DNA of 64,000 bases, taken from Akkermansiaceae bacterium. GTDB lineage: Bacteria; Verrucomicrobiota; Verrucomicrobiia; Verrucomicrobiales; Akkermansiaceae. Positions 1 through 11,100 of the stretch are shown here, in pieces. Both the position numbers and the translations under genes were made by a program. The stretch covers positions 32,001 through 96,000 of the forward strand of contig JBPOGF010000013.1 of assembly GCA_051251915.1 (NCBI GenBank). Direction: 5' to 3'. How positions within the stretch are numbered: the first letter of the stretch is position 1; each line of letters begins with the position of its first letter. Under the pieces are notes generated by a model. It was given only the letters and a program-made list of their open reading frames with translations. It searched no databases and was not told the DNA's origin.

Positions 1-353
1 TTGGACAATCCATAACGTAGCCTTACATAATTCTTTGTTTTACTGTTACGTAATTCCATTGTTATCTGATAATAACTGTCATCCATTTTAGGAGTAACAT
101 GGACTTCTTGCCCCGCTAAATCCTCATCATTCTTTTGCGCTTTTAACGCTTCAATGACTATGAATTCCCTCAAATCTCCTTTCAAGGTCTTCAATTTGAT
201 CTTCTTAATCACGGGTTTACTAGGATCTTCACCATCTTTATAGATGTATAAATCTGCAACGTCATCAAAAACCAAGGTACTACCTTCATCAGCAAATACA
301 TGAAAAGACAGACTCATGATAACAACAAAAATCATATTCATTTGACGGATCAT
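1..353 (-). CDS. Hypothetical secreted protein, runs off the window edge (partial)
   Basis: Manually translated: ATG at 353 gives MIRQMNMIFVVIMSLSFHVFADEGSTLVFDD..., open to position 1, with a signal-peptide-like N-terminus. Not in the ORF track because it has no stop inside the window. Confidence 0.6.
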   Translation of the reverse strand, partial: MIRQMNMIFVVIMSLSFHVFADEGSTLVFDDVADLYIYKDGEDPSKPVIKKIKLKTLKGDLREFIVIEALKAQKNDEDLAGQEVHVTPKMDDSYYQITMELRNSKTKNYVRLRYGLS

Positions 354-380
354 AATACTTTAAAAGACACATCATCAAAA

Positions 381-1238
381 CTATTCCGCCCAAGCCATCC
401 TCAACAGCTCAATCAGCCTATCCTTCTCCGTCGCCGAAGTCTTAGCTAGAAACCCAGATTTATGCGCAAAATGTACATCATCGCAGTGATTCACTTTCGT
501 AAATTCTAACCTCACATCATCATTGAAACGAGAAATAGCATAACCTTCTCCCCTTCTATCTGGATAAATCATCGCCACACATTTCTGCGCACTGGGCTCT
601 AGCTCAATGTATTTCCCCATACCCGCCGATGGTTCACCAGGCATAGGATCCGTTCTAGGCATAAAGAGAGCTTGTAAATTTCCTCCGAGATCAAGAACCT
701 CCGCATTCTCAGCGATATATACGAGTCGTTCCTTCGCACTACTAATATAATAAACCAAGTCTTCACCCACCATCCGCATTAGCTCCCAGATCACATCACC
801 GGGCTTAAGCTCGGTATGCTTCGCAAACCTTCTTAAACAAGTGATATCCAGCGGTGAATTTAATTTAGCCATCACCTCACGATCCACATTAAGCCACTTC
901 GCCGTCTTCACTGCCCCACGCGTATCAAACCACTCAGCAGGCTCCAGCCAATCACAAAACTTACGGCCTTCCTCATAAAGATCAAAATGCCTAAGCACCA
1001 ATGAAAGCGCACACGTAGGCACATAGTCCCTAGGAAATTGATGGTGATCAAAGTTATTCTTCTCAGGATCATGCTCACCACCAACATCAATCACACAAAC
1101 CTTAGGGTCAGCTATGTCCTCCGGTGTTGGCTCGCGCCTGAAAATAGGTACGTTATGGTGAAATATCATCACACTACACGCCAAAAAGTCATCTTTGTGA
1201 GCACCTCCGGGGTGGGTCACGATTTTAGTTATATCCAT
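381..1238 (-). CDS. MYG1/UPF0160 family metal-dependent hydrolase (exonuclease-like)
   Basis: Motifs THPGGAHKDD, DVGG...FDHHQ and C-terminal FAHKSGF are typical of MYG1. Start placed at MDITKIVTH (1238) rather than 1271. Confidence 0.8.
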   Translation of the reverse strand: MDITKIVTHPGGAHKDDFLACSVMIFHHNVPIFRREPTPEDIADPKVCVIDVGGEHDPEKNNFDHHQFPRDYVPTCALSLVLRHFDLYEEGRKFCDWLEPAEWFDTRGAVKTAKWLNVDREVMAKLNSPLDITCLRRFAKHTELKPGDVIWELMRMVGEDLVYYISSAKERLVYIAENAEVLDLGGNLQALFMPRTDPMPGEPSAGMGKYIELEPSAQKCVAMIYPDRRGEGYAISRFNDDVRLEFTKVNHCDDVHFAHKSGFLAKTSATEKDRLIELLRMAWAE

Positions 1239-1319
1239 GACACTACTAACAACACGGTTATAAAAAAACACAACATTTTACCATCGCATTGTTGATCTAT
1301 TTACGCTTTTATTACGCAT

Positions 1320-2666
1320 ATGGAAACAAATGGCCCTACCCCTTACCAAAGAAAAACCATGTGGAAAGCTGCCACAGGGCTAGCGATACTCGTGATCGGC
1401 CTCCTCTTAGTCGGTCTCATCTGGATCACCAGTAATGCTTTGTCCTTCCTTCAGCCAGTGCTCCTCCCCGTCGCGGTCGCTGGGGTGATCGCCTACTTGT
1501 TAGACCCTATTGTAACTTGGCTCCAACGCAAGGGTATGAGTAGGTTTAAATCAGTGCTCTCTGTTTTCGCTTCCTTCTTACTAGTTCTAACCGCCCTAGC
1601 CTTAATCGTTATCCCTCCTCTTGTTAAGCAAGTAACAGATGAAGATCAACGTAACAGAATTGGAGACAGAATCCAAAAGACGATCGAATCAGTTAGCGAA
1701 AATTCATGGCTTGAGCCTGTTTTCTCCTCTCTACTTTCTAAACATGAAGAAACCGATCATAAACCTGCCGTCACAACGAGTCCCGAGCCTGAAGAAACCG
1801 CAACGACAACCACTAAAAACTCAGGTAAGCCAAAGTTTTCTGAAACAAACCTAGCAAACTACCTCTCAGAAAATGCCGGTAAAGTCGCTGCTCTAGCAGG
1901 CAAGCTCATCACATCGGGAACAACCACATTTCTAGGTACCTTAGGATTACTAATCGGCCTAGCCATGGTTCCCATCTATCTCTATTATTTCCTTAAAGAA
2001 GGCTCAGCGATCAAGAACAACTGGCATGACTATGTACCACTCAAAGCATCCCGCTTTAAAACCGAAGTGGTCGATACATTGTCAGAAATCAACGGCTATC
2101 TCATTTCCTTCTTCCGTGGTCAGGTCTTAGTGGCAATGATAGACGGCCTACTCGTAGGTATCGCCCTCGCCATTTTCCAGTTACCATACGGTGTCCTCAT
2201 TGGTCTCATCCTCGGCATCATCGGTGTGATTCCCTTTGTGGGTAATATCATCTGTTTAGTACCAGCATGTTTTATCGCTTATGTGCATTTCTCCAGCCCT
2301 ACAGTGCACACCCATGAATGGCTACTAGGAACTAATCCTTGGGCATACGTCGCCGCAGTCGCTTGTATTTTCGTAGTAGTCCAGCAGATAAACTCACTCG
2401 TCACCGCACCTAAAATCGTAGGCGAATCGGTAGGACTTCACCCGATGACGGTAATCTTCTCAATGCTCTTCTGGTCTCTCATCCTAGGTGGCATGCTCGG
2501 AGCTCTCCTCGCTGTACCCATGACAGCTGCTGTAAAAGTTCTCTTCAGACGCTATATCTGGGAACGAAAGATCAATTCTAACAATGGAGAAGAATACGCC
2601 GCATTCGCAGACCTTCCCAAAGAATTAGATGATCTTGAAGATATAGATGAAACCATCACAACTTAA
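1320..2666 (+). CDS. AI-2E (PerM/UPF0118) family transporter
   Basis: Multi-TM protein with AYLLDPIV, IPFVG, PKIVGESVGLHP and GALLAVP motifs. Confidence 0.9.
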   Translation: METNGPTPYQRKTMWKAATGLAILVIGLLLVGLIWITSNALSFLQPVLLPVAVAGVIAYLLDPIVTWLQRKGMSRFKSVLSVFASFLLVLTALALIVIPPLVKQVTDEDQRNRIGDRIQKTIESVSENSWLEPVFSSLLSKHEETDHKPAVTTSPEPEETATTTTKNSGKPKFSETNLANYLSENAGKVAALAGKLITSGTTTFLGTLGLLIGLAMVPIYLYYFLKEGSAIKNNWHDYVPLKASRFKTEVVDTLSEINGYLISFFRGQVLVAMIDGLLVGIALAIFQLPYGVLIGLILGIIGVIPFVGNIICLVPACFIAYVHFSSPTVHTHEWLLGTNPWAYVAAVACIFVVVQQINSLVTAPKIVGESVGLHPMTVIFSMLFWSLILGGMLGALLAVPMTAAVKVLFRRYIWERKINSNNGEEYAAFADLPKELDDLEDIDETITT

Positions 2667-2680
2667 AAAATAGATTCAGC

Positions 2681-3061
2681 ATGGCAAGCAAGCTTCATAT
2701 CGGATTCTTACTTCTCCCCATCCTCTTCATCATAGGTGGATGCAATAAATCTGATAGCCAGTCGACACCTGTCCAGTTAACCGTCAACCCACCAACACCA
2801 GACCTCGAACCAACTAAAACCGAACTAGATTCCTTATCTGGGCAGCATCAAACCGGTGAACTATTCATCCGCTATAAAGGCGCTAGCTCTGAGCTCAAGA
2901 AATGGACTATCCAGTCACCATTCGAAATCATCGTCAGTAAAGAATACATCGAAGTCCATTTCTCAGGATCATACTACATCGATAACGAAAAAACGCCCCC
3001 TGGCAAGAAACGCCTCTTTATCAAGAAGCAGGACATCAATATGATTTTCCTCTCTGAATAA
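2681..3061 (+). CDS. Hypothetical lipoprotein
   Basis: Hydrophobic N-terminus ending in lipobox-like IGGC; sits in a co-directional run of genes. Confidence 0.6.
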   Translation: MASKLHIGFLLLPILFIIGGCNKSDSQSTPVQLTVNPPTPDLEPTKTELDSLSGQHQTGELFIRYKGASSELKKWTIQSPFEIIVSKEYIEVHFSGSYYIDNEKTPPGKKRLFIKKQDINMIFLSE

Positions 3062-3097
3062 CATCTCAAACCATCACTCTAACAAAAATACAAATTC

Positions 3098-3505
3098 ATG
3101 GTAACTATCTCTATCAACTACGCCGGCGAACTCCGCTGCGACGCTACTCACGATCCTTCCGGAAGCACCTTATCCACCGATGCACCAGTAGACAACAACG
3201 GCAAAGGCGAGACATTCTCTCCTACCGATCTAGTAGCTACTGCCTTAGGAAACTGCATGGCTACCATTATGGGAATAGTGGCTGAAAGAAAAGGAATCTC
3301 ATTAGATGGCCTTACTCTTAAAGTTGAAAAGCACATGTCAGAAGACCTGCCTCGCAGAATCAGCAAGCTCCCCCTCACCATCAACATGCCAATGGCAGAA
3401 GATGATAAATACAAGGACCTAATGATCAATGCAGCACTCACCTGCCCAGTGCATCAAAGCCTACACGAAAGCATCGAGATCCCTATCGAGTGGGTCTGGC
3501 AGTAA
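3098..3505 (+). CDS. OsmC/Ohr family protein
   Basis: TDAPVDNNGKGETFSPTDL...C and CPVH, the conserved cysteine pair. Confidence 0.9.
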   Translation: MVTISINYAGELRCDATHDPSGSTLSTDAPVDNNGKGETFSPTDLVATALGNCMATIMGIVAERKGISLDGLTLKVEKHMSEDLPRRISKLPLTINMPMAEDDKYKDLMINAALTCPVHQSLHESIEIPIEWVWQ

Positions 3506-4601
3506 CCGGCGTCTCAGGCTCTACTACAGCCTTAGGAACAGGGAAATCCCCCGATAGCAAAGCCACAGTCCTTATCCCTATCGACGTCAGACTAGCTGAC
3601 CTACCTGTTCCCGAGAGTAACCCTTTCGTATGATACCTATGATCTGACTGAGTCGGCTTCACATAGCTCACTACTGGCTTACTCACCTTTCTCAAACTAG
3701 GAGTCACACCTAACGGAAAACCTGATGAGGCATAACTAATCTCCCACGAAGGAGTCGCCTTACTGTGATCACCTTTCCTAATCCACGGATAACGCTTGGC
3801 TATATCCAGAGCCACACTACCCTCCCTTGGTATAGTAATCTTGAAATATACAGGAATCTTGTTGATAAAGTCACTCAGCTTAAGAGATGGATCACGACGA
3901 TGCCTAATAAACAGCTCTGCTATATTCAGCCCATTCATGTTGAGACCATTATGCTCTCCATGGATATTATTAGAGCCAAAATAGTGTGCAAACCAGTTCG
4001 AGAAATCTGATTGCGCCATCACATTCAATTCTAAATGAAGATGCGCACGCTCACGGTTTATCCCAGCTCCAGTATAACCCATTTTTGCAATAATTGTCCC
4101 CGCATCCACTGGCTGGCCAACCTCACAGTCTGCTTCATCCAAGTGCGCATACAACGAATAAAATGCCCCTAACCGCGGTCCCCAAACATGTTCGACTATG
4201 ACATATTTCCCGTAATTACTATTCCCCGCTACGCTATTAACATAGACAACTTTCCCTTTAGCTATAGACCGAACTAAATCTAGCGGTCGTCCCGCCGCAT
4301 CGCGCTTCATCGGTCGGATATCCACGCCTTCATGAAATCTAGTACCGATCACCCCCTCAGGAGTTCTACGCAGATTCCTCACATACCCATACTGCCCAGC
4401 AGTCCATGGTTTAGAATCCACTCCCTCGAAATGTCGAGTTGTATACATGTAAAATTTCTGCGGCTCGGAACCGAAAATATGATCATTATAAGTAGGTAAT
4501 TTCAGTCCTAACAATTGCTCCTCAGCCTTCAGTGTAGAAAACAAGGGTGCAACAGCAACGACGGCAGTCAGCCAATGTGAGATCTTCATAGCTCGTCTCA
4601 A
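3483..4601 (-). CDS. M23 family metallopeptidase, secreted
   Basis: HEGVD, YAHL and HLHLE zinc motifs plus signal peptide. Real start probably at MKISHW (4589). Confidence 0.88.
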   Translation of the reverse strand: MRRAMKISHWLTAVVAVAPLFSTLKAEEQLLGLKLPTYNDHIFGSEPQKFYMYTTRHFEGVDSKPWTAGQYGYVRNLRRTPEGVIGTRFHEGVDIRPMKRDAAGRPLDLVRSIAKGKVVYVNSVAGNSNYGKYVIVEHVWGPRLGAFYSLYAHLDEADCEVGQPVDAGTIIAKMGYTGAGINRERAHLHLELNVMAQSDFSNWFAHYFGSNNIHGEHNGLNMNGLNIAELFIRHRRDPSLKLSDFINKIPVYFKITIPREGSVALDIAKRYPWIRKGDHSKATPSWEISYASSGFPLGVTPSLRKVSKPVVSYVKPTQSDHRYHTKGLLSGTGRSASLTSIGIRTVALLSGDFPVPKAVVEPETPVTARPTR

Positions 4602-4607
4602 GAAAAA

Positions 4608-5177
4608 TTATCGCTTTGCTTTAGCCGCTTTTTTCTCAAGCTTAAGCCGCTTTTTCCAATCCTTAGGATCTTCCCCTATTTTAGGTATAAGCGGGTTTAC
4701 CAACGCTAGGAATTGAGGATCAACGCCACGCCAGATAGTAATCACTCTACCATCGACCATTTTATCCACAAAAAGCATATCCACCACTCTTCCATTAATG
4801 TTTACAACGATGTATTTTCCTTTATTTGCCGCAGAGATCATCTTCAACCTTGTCGCGGCAGTCTTCCTAAGCTGTAGAGTAACTCCATACATCTCATTTT
4901 CATGAGGAGAAACAAACGGATAATACGCAATAAAATCTTTAGTAGTAAATGACGGCGACTTCTGAATATATTTGGTCCCCATAGGAGTTTTCGCCGGGAT
5001 ACTCAGTTTCTTCCCCTCTAAACTAGAAGCCTCTAAATGGAACGTGATAGACACTGGTGGAGCCTTTTTTCCGCTAGCAGAAGCTACGTTTACATGAGTG
5101 AGGCCGATACAGAGAATCAATGTTAAGATGCGAATCATAGCCATACTCTGCCTGCTACCAGATGAGAGATAAAGCAA
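4608..5177 (-). CDS. Hypothetical secreted protein (possible SecDF P1-head-like fold)
   Basis: Signal peptide; the GVTLQL...AATRL...NKGKYIVVNINGRVV pattern resembles SecD head domains. True start probably 11-13 codons downstream. Confidence 0.55.
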   Translation of the reverse strand: MLYLSSGSRQSMAMIRILTLILCIGLTHVNVASASGKKAPPVSITFHLEASSLEGKKLSIPAKTPMGTKYIQKSPSFTTKDFIAYYPFVSPHENEMYGVTLQLRKTAATRLKMISAANKGKYIVVNINGRVVDMLFVDKMVDGRVITIWRGVDPQFLALVNPLIPKIGEDPKDWKKRLKLEKKAAKAKR

Positions 5178-5285
5178 AATATGACCACTAGTTTACATTA
5201 GTTCGCCCAAGTTTAAAAATATTTTCAACATTAACCTAGGATTATTTTAAAATGGAATTTACCCGTATTCTAGCCTTACTATCAC

Positions 5286-5314
5286 TTGACCTCAGATGAT
5301 TGCAGTTTTAAGGT
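5286..5314 (+). promoter_or_regulatory. Sigma-70-type promoter directly upstream of the yqgE start (leaderless-type)
   Basis: TTGACC-N17-TAAGGT, then 6 nt to GTG at 5321. Confidence 0.6.
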
Positions 5315-5320
5315 AAACTT

Positions 5321-5878
5321 GTGAATATACCTGCTCATTCATTCAATCCGCCGATCAATGGCTCACTACTTCTAGCTTCTCCATCCCTTCAAGATGGCGT
5401 ATTTGATGACTCCGTGATCTTAGTACACACCCATCGCTCCACAGGGGCCGAAGGGCTGATCTTAAATCGCCCTACCGGCAAAACCGTGGGAGATTACATG
5501 TGCAGCAACCATTTTGAAACACTGAAAAACTTACCTCTATACTACGGCGGCCCTGTCGCTGAGGATCAATTAAGTTTTGCTAGCTTCTCATGGAAGAAAA
5601 ATGGTGATTTAAAATGCAAACCTTCCATCTCCTCAGAAGAAGCCATCGAAACCATGAGCCAAAGCGGCTCTCTCATACGTGCCTACCTCGGTTCAAGTAA
5701 TTGGACCAAAGGGCAACTTGAAAAAGAACTAGAAAATTACGTCTGGTTCATAGCCCCAGCCATCCCAAAATTACTCAGTATGCCTCAGGATGAAACGCTA
5801 TGGAAAAACACCATGCAGGTTCTTTCTCCATTCCATCACATCATTTCCCTCACTCCAGAGAACCCCTTTTTAAACTAA
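5321..5878 (+). CDS. YqgE/AlgH (UPF0301) family protein
   Basis: LLLASPSL.D..F..SVIL, GLILNRP, GGPV, W..GQLE.E motifs. Confidence 0.88.
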   Translation: MNIPAHSFNPPINGSLLLASPSLQDGVFDDSVILVHTHRSTGAEGLILNRPTGKTVGDYMCSNHFETLKNLPLYYGGPVAEDQLSFASFSWKKNGDLKCKPSISSEEAIETMSQSGSLIRAYLGSSNWTKGQLEKELENYVWFIAPAIPKLLSMPQDETLWKNTMQVLSPFHHIISLTPENPFLN

Positions 5879-5890
5879 TTCTTTAACAAT

Positions 5891-6343
5891 ATGAGAGTGG
5901 TTATTCAACGAGCGCAGTCCGCTCAAGTAGTGATTTCTGGGGAAGTCCATGGCGCAATCCAACGCGGAGTCGTTGTCCTAGTAGGTATCGAGCATGATGA
6001 CTCTCTAGAAGATGCAGAATGGCTCTGCCGAAAAGTAGCTAATTTACGCATCTTTGACGACGAAGCAGGCGTGATGAATCTCTCACTAACTGACATCGCT
6101 GGCGAAGCCCTCATCATATCACAGTTCACACTACATGCTTCCACCAAAAAAGGGAACCGCCCGTCCTACATCAAAGCAGCCCGCCCCGAAATCTCAAAGC
6201 CTCTTTATGAAAAATTTATCACCACGCTAAATTCTCATCTAGCAAAACCATGCCAAACTGGTAAGTTCGGCGCAGATATGCAAGTCTCACTCACCAACGA
6301 TGGCCCAGTCACCATCGTCATCGATACTAAAAATAAAGAATAA
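5891..6343 (+). CDS. dtd: D-aminoacyl-tRNA deacylase
   Basis: MRVVIQR, SQFTL, GNRPS and NDGPVT motifs. Confidence 0.96.
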   Translation: MRVVIQRAQSAQVVISGEVHGAIQRGVVVLVGIEHDDSLEDAEWLCRKVANLRIFDDEAGVMNLSLTDIAGEALIISQFTLHASTKKGNRPSYIKAARPEISKPLYEKFITTLNSHLAKPCQTGKFGADMQVSLTNDGPVTIVIDTKNKE

Positions 6344-6766
6344 ATGGTAGATATAAACCCCATCTCAATCCAATTTGAAATACCCGCTACTGATCACCTA
6401 GGCAAAGATCACGTAGAGGGAAAAGTTCGCTTCATGCCTGATGAAGTAGAGATCGATTGGCGCGTGAAAGGGAACGTTTTCCGTGGGGGCAATGCTGAAG
6501 TCGAAACCATCACTATGCCCTACGGCCAGATCGAGCACGTAGAACTAGTGAAAAAATGGTGGAAAATTCGCGACATCATCCTCCGCATCTCAGACCCCTC
6601 ACTAGTAGCTAAAATCCCGGGCGTAGAAATGGGGAAAATGGTTCTTAAGATCGACAAACGCTCCCGCGAAGAAGCAGAAAAGCTCGAGTCATTGATCGAC
6701 TTCAAACGCTCCATCTTCATCCTAGATGAGCAAACCAAACGTCTAGAAAGGCTTAAGGAATCTTAG
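6344..6766 (+). CDS. Hypothetical protein
   Basis: 140-aa ORF abutting the dtd stop (TAAATG) and 9 nt upstream of rarA. Confidence 0.7.
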   Translation: MVDINPISIQFEIPATDHLGKDHVEGKVRFMPDEVEIDWRVKGNVFRGGNAEVETITMPYGQIEHVELVKKWWKIRDIILRISDPSLVAKIPGVEMGKMVLKIDKRSREEAEKLESLIDFKRSIFILDEQTKRLERLKES

Positions 6767-6775
6767 TCGCATCTC

Positions 6776-8137
6776 ATGAGTGAGCTATTTCCAGACGGCG
6801 CTCCAGAGGGCAACGCTAGTGAGCAAAATGCACCTAGCCATGATCAGCCCCTCGCCGCCCGACTACGCCCCAAAACCATCGATGACATTGCCGGCCAGCA
6901 ACACATCCTAGGCGAAGGTAAGCTTTTGCGACGAGCCATAGAAGCTGACCGCTTCTCATCACTCATCTTCTACGGACCACCAGGCACAGGCAAAACCACC
7001 CTAGCCACAGTCATCGCCCAGACCACCAATTCTCGGTTCGAAATGCTCAACGGCGTCGAGTCAAACGTCAGCGAGATCCGCGACAAAATTGCCCAAGCCC
7101 GCACCTGGAAACAGCTGCGGAATCAGACCACCATCTTATTCATCGATGAAATCCATCGCTTCAACAAAGCTCAACAAGACGTTTTACTCCCGCACATCGA
7201 GCGTGGCACCGTCCGCTTCATTGGAGCAACGACGCATAACCCCTACTACTACATCAACTCTCCCCTCACCTCCCGTTCACAAATTTTCCAGCTAGACCCC
7301 GTAAGCGTAGACGATCTCATTCCCGTGCTAAAAAAAGCACTAACAAACACTGAAATGGGCCTCGGCAAAGAACCCATCAAAGCAGATCCAGATGCCCTCA
7401 GACACATTGCAGAAAAAGCAGATGGTGATGTCCGCAAGGCTCTAACAGCCCTCGAACTAGCAGCTCTCACCACCCCAGAAAATGACACCGGCGAGATCCA
7501 TCTAACCCTAGAAATAGCAGCCGAGTCCATCCAACAAAAAGCCATCGTCTATGATGCCACAGGAGATGCTCATTACGACACCATTTCCGCCTATATCAAA
7601 TCCATCCGCGGCTCAGACCCTGATGCAGCTCTCTACTGGCTAGCTAAAATGTTAGTCGCTGGCGAAGATCCACGCTACATCGCTCGCAGAATGGTCATCT
7701 CAGCCAGTGAAGATATCGGTCTGGCAGACTCGAATGGTCTCCGCGTCGCCATGGATGCCCAGCAAGCATTTGAATTCCTCGGAATGCCAGAAGGCCGCAT
7801 CCCTCTCGCCCACGCCACCGTCTATCTAGCCACCTCACCAAAGTCTAACAGCGCTTACGCAGCACTCAATGAAGCGATGAGCGATGTTGAAAATGGCAAG
7901 ACACTAGCCGTCCCTGCTCACCTCCGCACACCCACTCGTAAAAAACTCGCATCAGCCTCTGGAACCAAAGACTCCGAACTAGAATATCATTATTCTCATT
8001 CCTATGAAGGAAACTACGTCCCGCAAGCGTATCTTCCTGAAGGCAGACAATATTATTCTCCGACAGAAAACGGTCTAGAAAAACGTATCAAAGAACGATT
8101 AGACTATTGGGCCGCGCAACATAAAAGCCCCAGCTAA
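6776..8137 (+). CDS. rarA: Replication-associated recombination protein A (RarA/MgsA AAA+ ATPase)
   Basis: PLAARLRP, GPPGTGKT, FIDEIHRFNKAQQD, KSIRGSDPDAA, SEDIGLAD. Confidence 0.95.
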   Translation: MSELFPDGAPEGNASEQNAPSHDQPLAARLRPKTIDDIAGQQHILGEGKLLRRAIEADRFSSLIFYGPPGTGKTTLATVIAQTTNSRFEMLNGVESNVSEIRDKIAQARTWKQLRNQTTILFIDEIHRFNKAQQDVLLPHIERGTVRFIGATTHNPYYYINSPLTSRSQIFQLDPVSVDDLIPVLKKALTNTEMGLGKEPIKADPDALRHIAEKADGDVRKALTALELAALTTPENDTGEIHLTLEIAAESIQQKAIVYDATGDAHYDTISAYIKSIRGSDPDAALYWLAKMLVAGEDPRYIARRMVISASEDIGLADSNGLRVAMDAQQAFEFLGMPEGRIPLAHATVYLATSPKSNSAYAALNEAMSDVENGKTLAVPAHLRTPTRKKLASASGTKDSELEYHYSHSYEGNYVPQAYLPEGRQYYSPTENGLEKRIKERLDYWAAQHKSPS

Positions 8138-8182
8138 GTTCAATCCACTTCAAACTTTCAAACTCTACTTCACACAAAACTT

Positions 8183-11100
8183 ATGATCAGATGGTTCACT
8201 AAAAATCACGTAGCTGCTAACGTTCTCATGTTAGCCATTATATTGTATGGATCATACCTCTCGTATTATAAGCTTGGTGTCGAAGTAGAACCAGCAATGA
8301 CCTTCCCACAAGTAGGTATCAAAATCCCCTACAAAGGAGCGTCACCTGACGCCATTGAAACTCAGATCATCCTCCCAGTAGAAAAAGCACTTGAAAACCT
8401 TGCCGGAATCAAGTCCATCACCGCTCACGCACATAAAGACCAAGCTCAGATCGAAGTCTACGTCACAGATAATGTCGATATCAAAGACATGAAAACCGAG
8501 ATTCAGTCTCGCGTCGAACGGATCTCTACATTCCCCCAAAACGATGACAAACCCGACTTCTATATTCCCGATACAGCCAACTGGAAAGAAGTTATCTCCG
8601 TAGCCGTCTACGGCGACCTTTCCGACACGGTCCTACTCACCGCTGCCAGAAAAGTGCGCGACGACCTCACAGCTCTACCTGGCATTTCAAAAGTCGACAT
8701 CAAAGGTGACGGATTAAAAGAAATTTCCATCGAAGTCCGCCCAGACAAACTAGACGCCTATGGACTCACCTTCAACGACGTCGTCAACGGAATCCGCCGA
8801 GCATCCGTAGATGTCTCTGCTGGCGGCATCAAGGCCAACGGAGAAAACGTCACCATCCGCTCTAACAACAAAGCCTACACCGGCGAAAACTTTGAAAACC
8901 TCATCGTTAAATCTATAAATGGCGCATCCATTAGAGTCTCAGATGTAGCAAACGTCATTGATAGTTTTGAAGAGAAACAAAAGGAATCCCAGCTCAACGG
9001 AATGCCTGTCCTCATGGTTGAAATAATGCGGCTCGATGGAGAAAACGCACTGACCACAGCAGACATCGTTCAAGACTACATCAAACGAGCCGCTGACACC
9101 TTCCCACCCGGCATCCACCTAGCAGCATGGGATGATGACTCCGTCAGTCTCCGAGGCCGCCTACACACGCTCTTCACTAACCTCCTCCAAGGCGCCGTCC
9201 TAGTCATGATCCTACTAGGCCTTTTCCTACGCCCCAAAATCGCCTTCTGGGTTACAATAGGTATCCCCGTCAGCTTCGCAGGTGCCGCCATTTCCATGTA
9301 CTACACCGGAATGACTGCCAACAACATGAGCTTGTTCGGCTTCATCATCGTTCTCGGCATGGTAGTAGACGACGCCATCGTCACAGGCGAAAACATCTAC
9401 GCCAAAGTCAAATCTGGCAAACACGAGCCCATGGAGGCCGCCATCATCGGCACCCAAGAAGTCGCTACTCCCGTCACATTCGGCATCATCACCACCATTG
9501 TAGCCTTCCTACCACTCATGTATTTTGATGATGGCTACATCGGCAACATGGCTAAACAAATCCCACTAGTCGTGATCCCAGTTCTCATTTTCTCCCTTAT
9601 CGAGTCTAAATTTATCCTCCCCGCACACCTCAAAAACCTTAAACCTGTATCTAAAGACAGCAATATCGTCGCCAGAATCCAAGACAAAGTGGCGAACATG
9701 ATGCATTGGTTTGTCGATAAACTCTACACACCTATCCTCAAACTAGCTATCTCACATCGCTACGCAGTATTACTCCTGTTCATCGGTATCCTAGCCATCA
9801 CCCGTGGCTACCAGACCAACCGCATGAAATTTAACTTCATTCCATCAACCGAGCGCTACTTCCTCTCCGCAGACCTAAGAATGAAAGAAGGAACCGAGCG
9901 ACAAATCACCGAAGCCAAACTCAATGAAATCCTCGAAGCCATCGAACCTCTCCGAGCATCATTTATCGATGAAGGTTCAGGAAAAAGCATCATTGGAAAT
10001 GTAGTCAGCACCCTAGGGGGCAGATCCAGCTGGGGCCAAGGAGGAGACCATGAGGCTAGTGTGAAACTAGAAGTCACACCACCCAGCTTACGTGTCAACA
10101 ACCACGTCAGAAATGCTGAAATTGTCGCCAAATGGCAAGAACTCACAGGCACTATCGAAGGAGCTGATCGCTTTGTAATCCGAGGAGAAAAAACACAAGG
10201 CAAGCACTCAGATAGAGGAAACGACGGCGGACTCTCACTCCAACTCAGAGGTAATAACGAAGATGATAAAGACATCGTCGTAGCCCAAATGCGCAAATGG
10301 CTCAAAGAGCAAGATGTCATCACCTCTACATGGGGCACCCGCGCCCAAGGACAACGCCAACTACAGATAGCTCTCAAACCCATCGCCAAGCAATCACAGC
10401 TAACCGAAGACGCCATCGCCAGCCAAATCCGCACAGCGTTTTATGGGCAGCAAATCCAGAAAATTCAGCGAGGAGAAGACGAAATCAAGGTCATGCTAAA
10501 ACTCCCCAAGGAAATGCGCACCTCATTCCACACACTTGAGTCACTACGCATCAACCTCAACAACGGACAAACAGCACCGTTCTCCCAGTTCGCCACCATC
10601 GCGGAAACAACCACTCCACCTAGAATCACGCGCGAAGACAACTCGCGAATCTACAACTTCGGAGCCATCGCCACAGGCATGAGCGAACTGCTAAAATTTG
10701 AGCCAACCATCACCGATAAAATGAATGAACTCTGCCTTGCATACCCATCCGTATCATGGAAATACACCGGTGAAGTGGCAGACCATCTCAACTCTAATAA
10801 CCGCACATTAATTCTCTTCCTCTTCCTCATGCTAGCCCTCTTTGCGCTACTAGCCATTCCGTTCAAGTCCTTCCTACAACCCATCTACGTCCTGCTCGCC
10901 GTTCCATTCGGAATCGTTGGAGCCATCTGGGGACATGCCATCTTAGGAGTTGATCTATCCATCTTGAGTTCATTTGGCATGCTCGCCCTAGCTGGAATCG
11001 TTGTGAATGACTCCCTAGTCATGGTTGACTACATCAACACCAGAAGACTCGAAGGAACACCACTCAGACAAGCAGTCATGGAAGCTGGCGCACGCAGATT

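Noticed and set aside
1320..2666. AI-2E transporter as part of the quorum-sensing system
   Set aside because: The family name does not imply AI-2 transport for most members. The gene is 33 kb from the phc-like locus and no luxS/lsr genes are seen.
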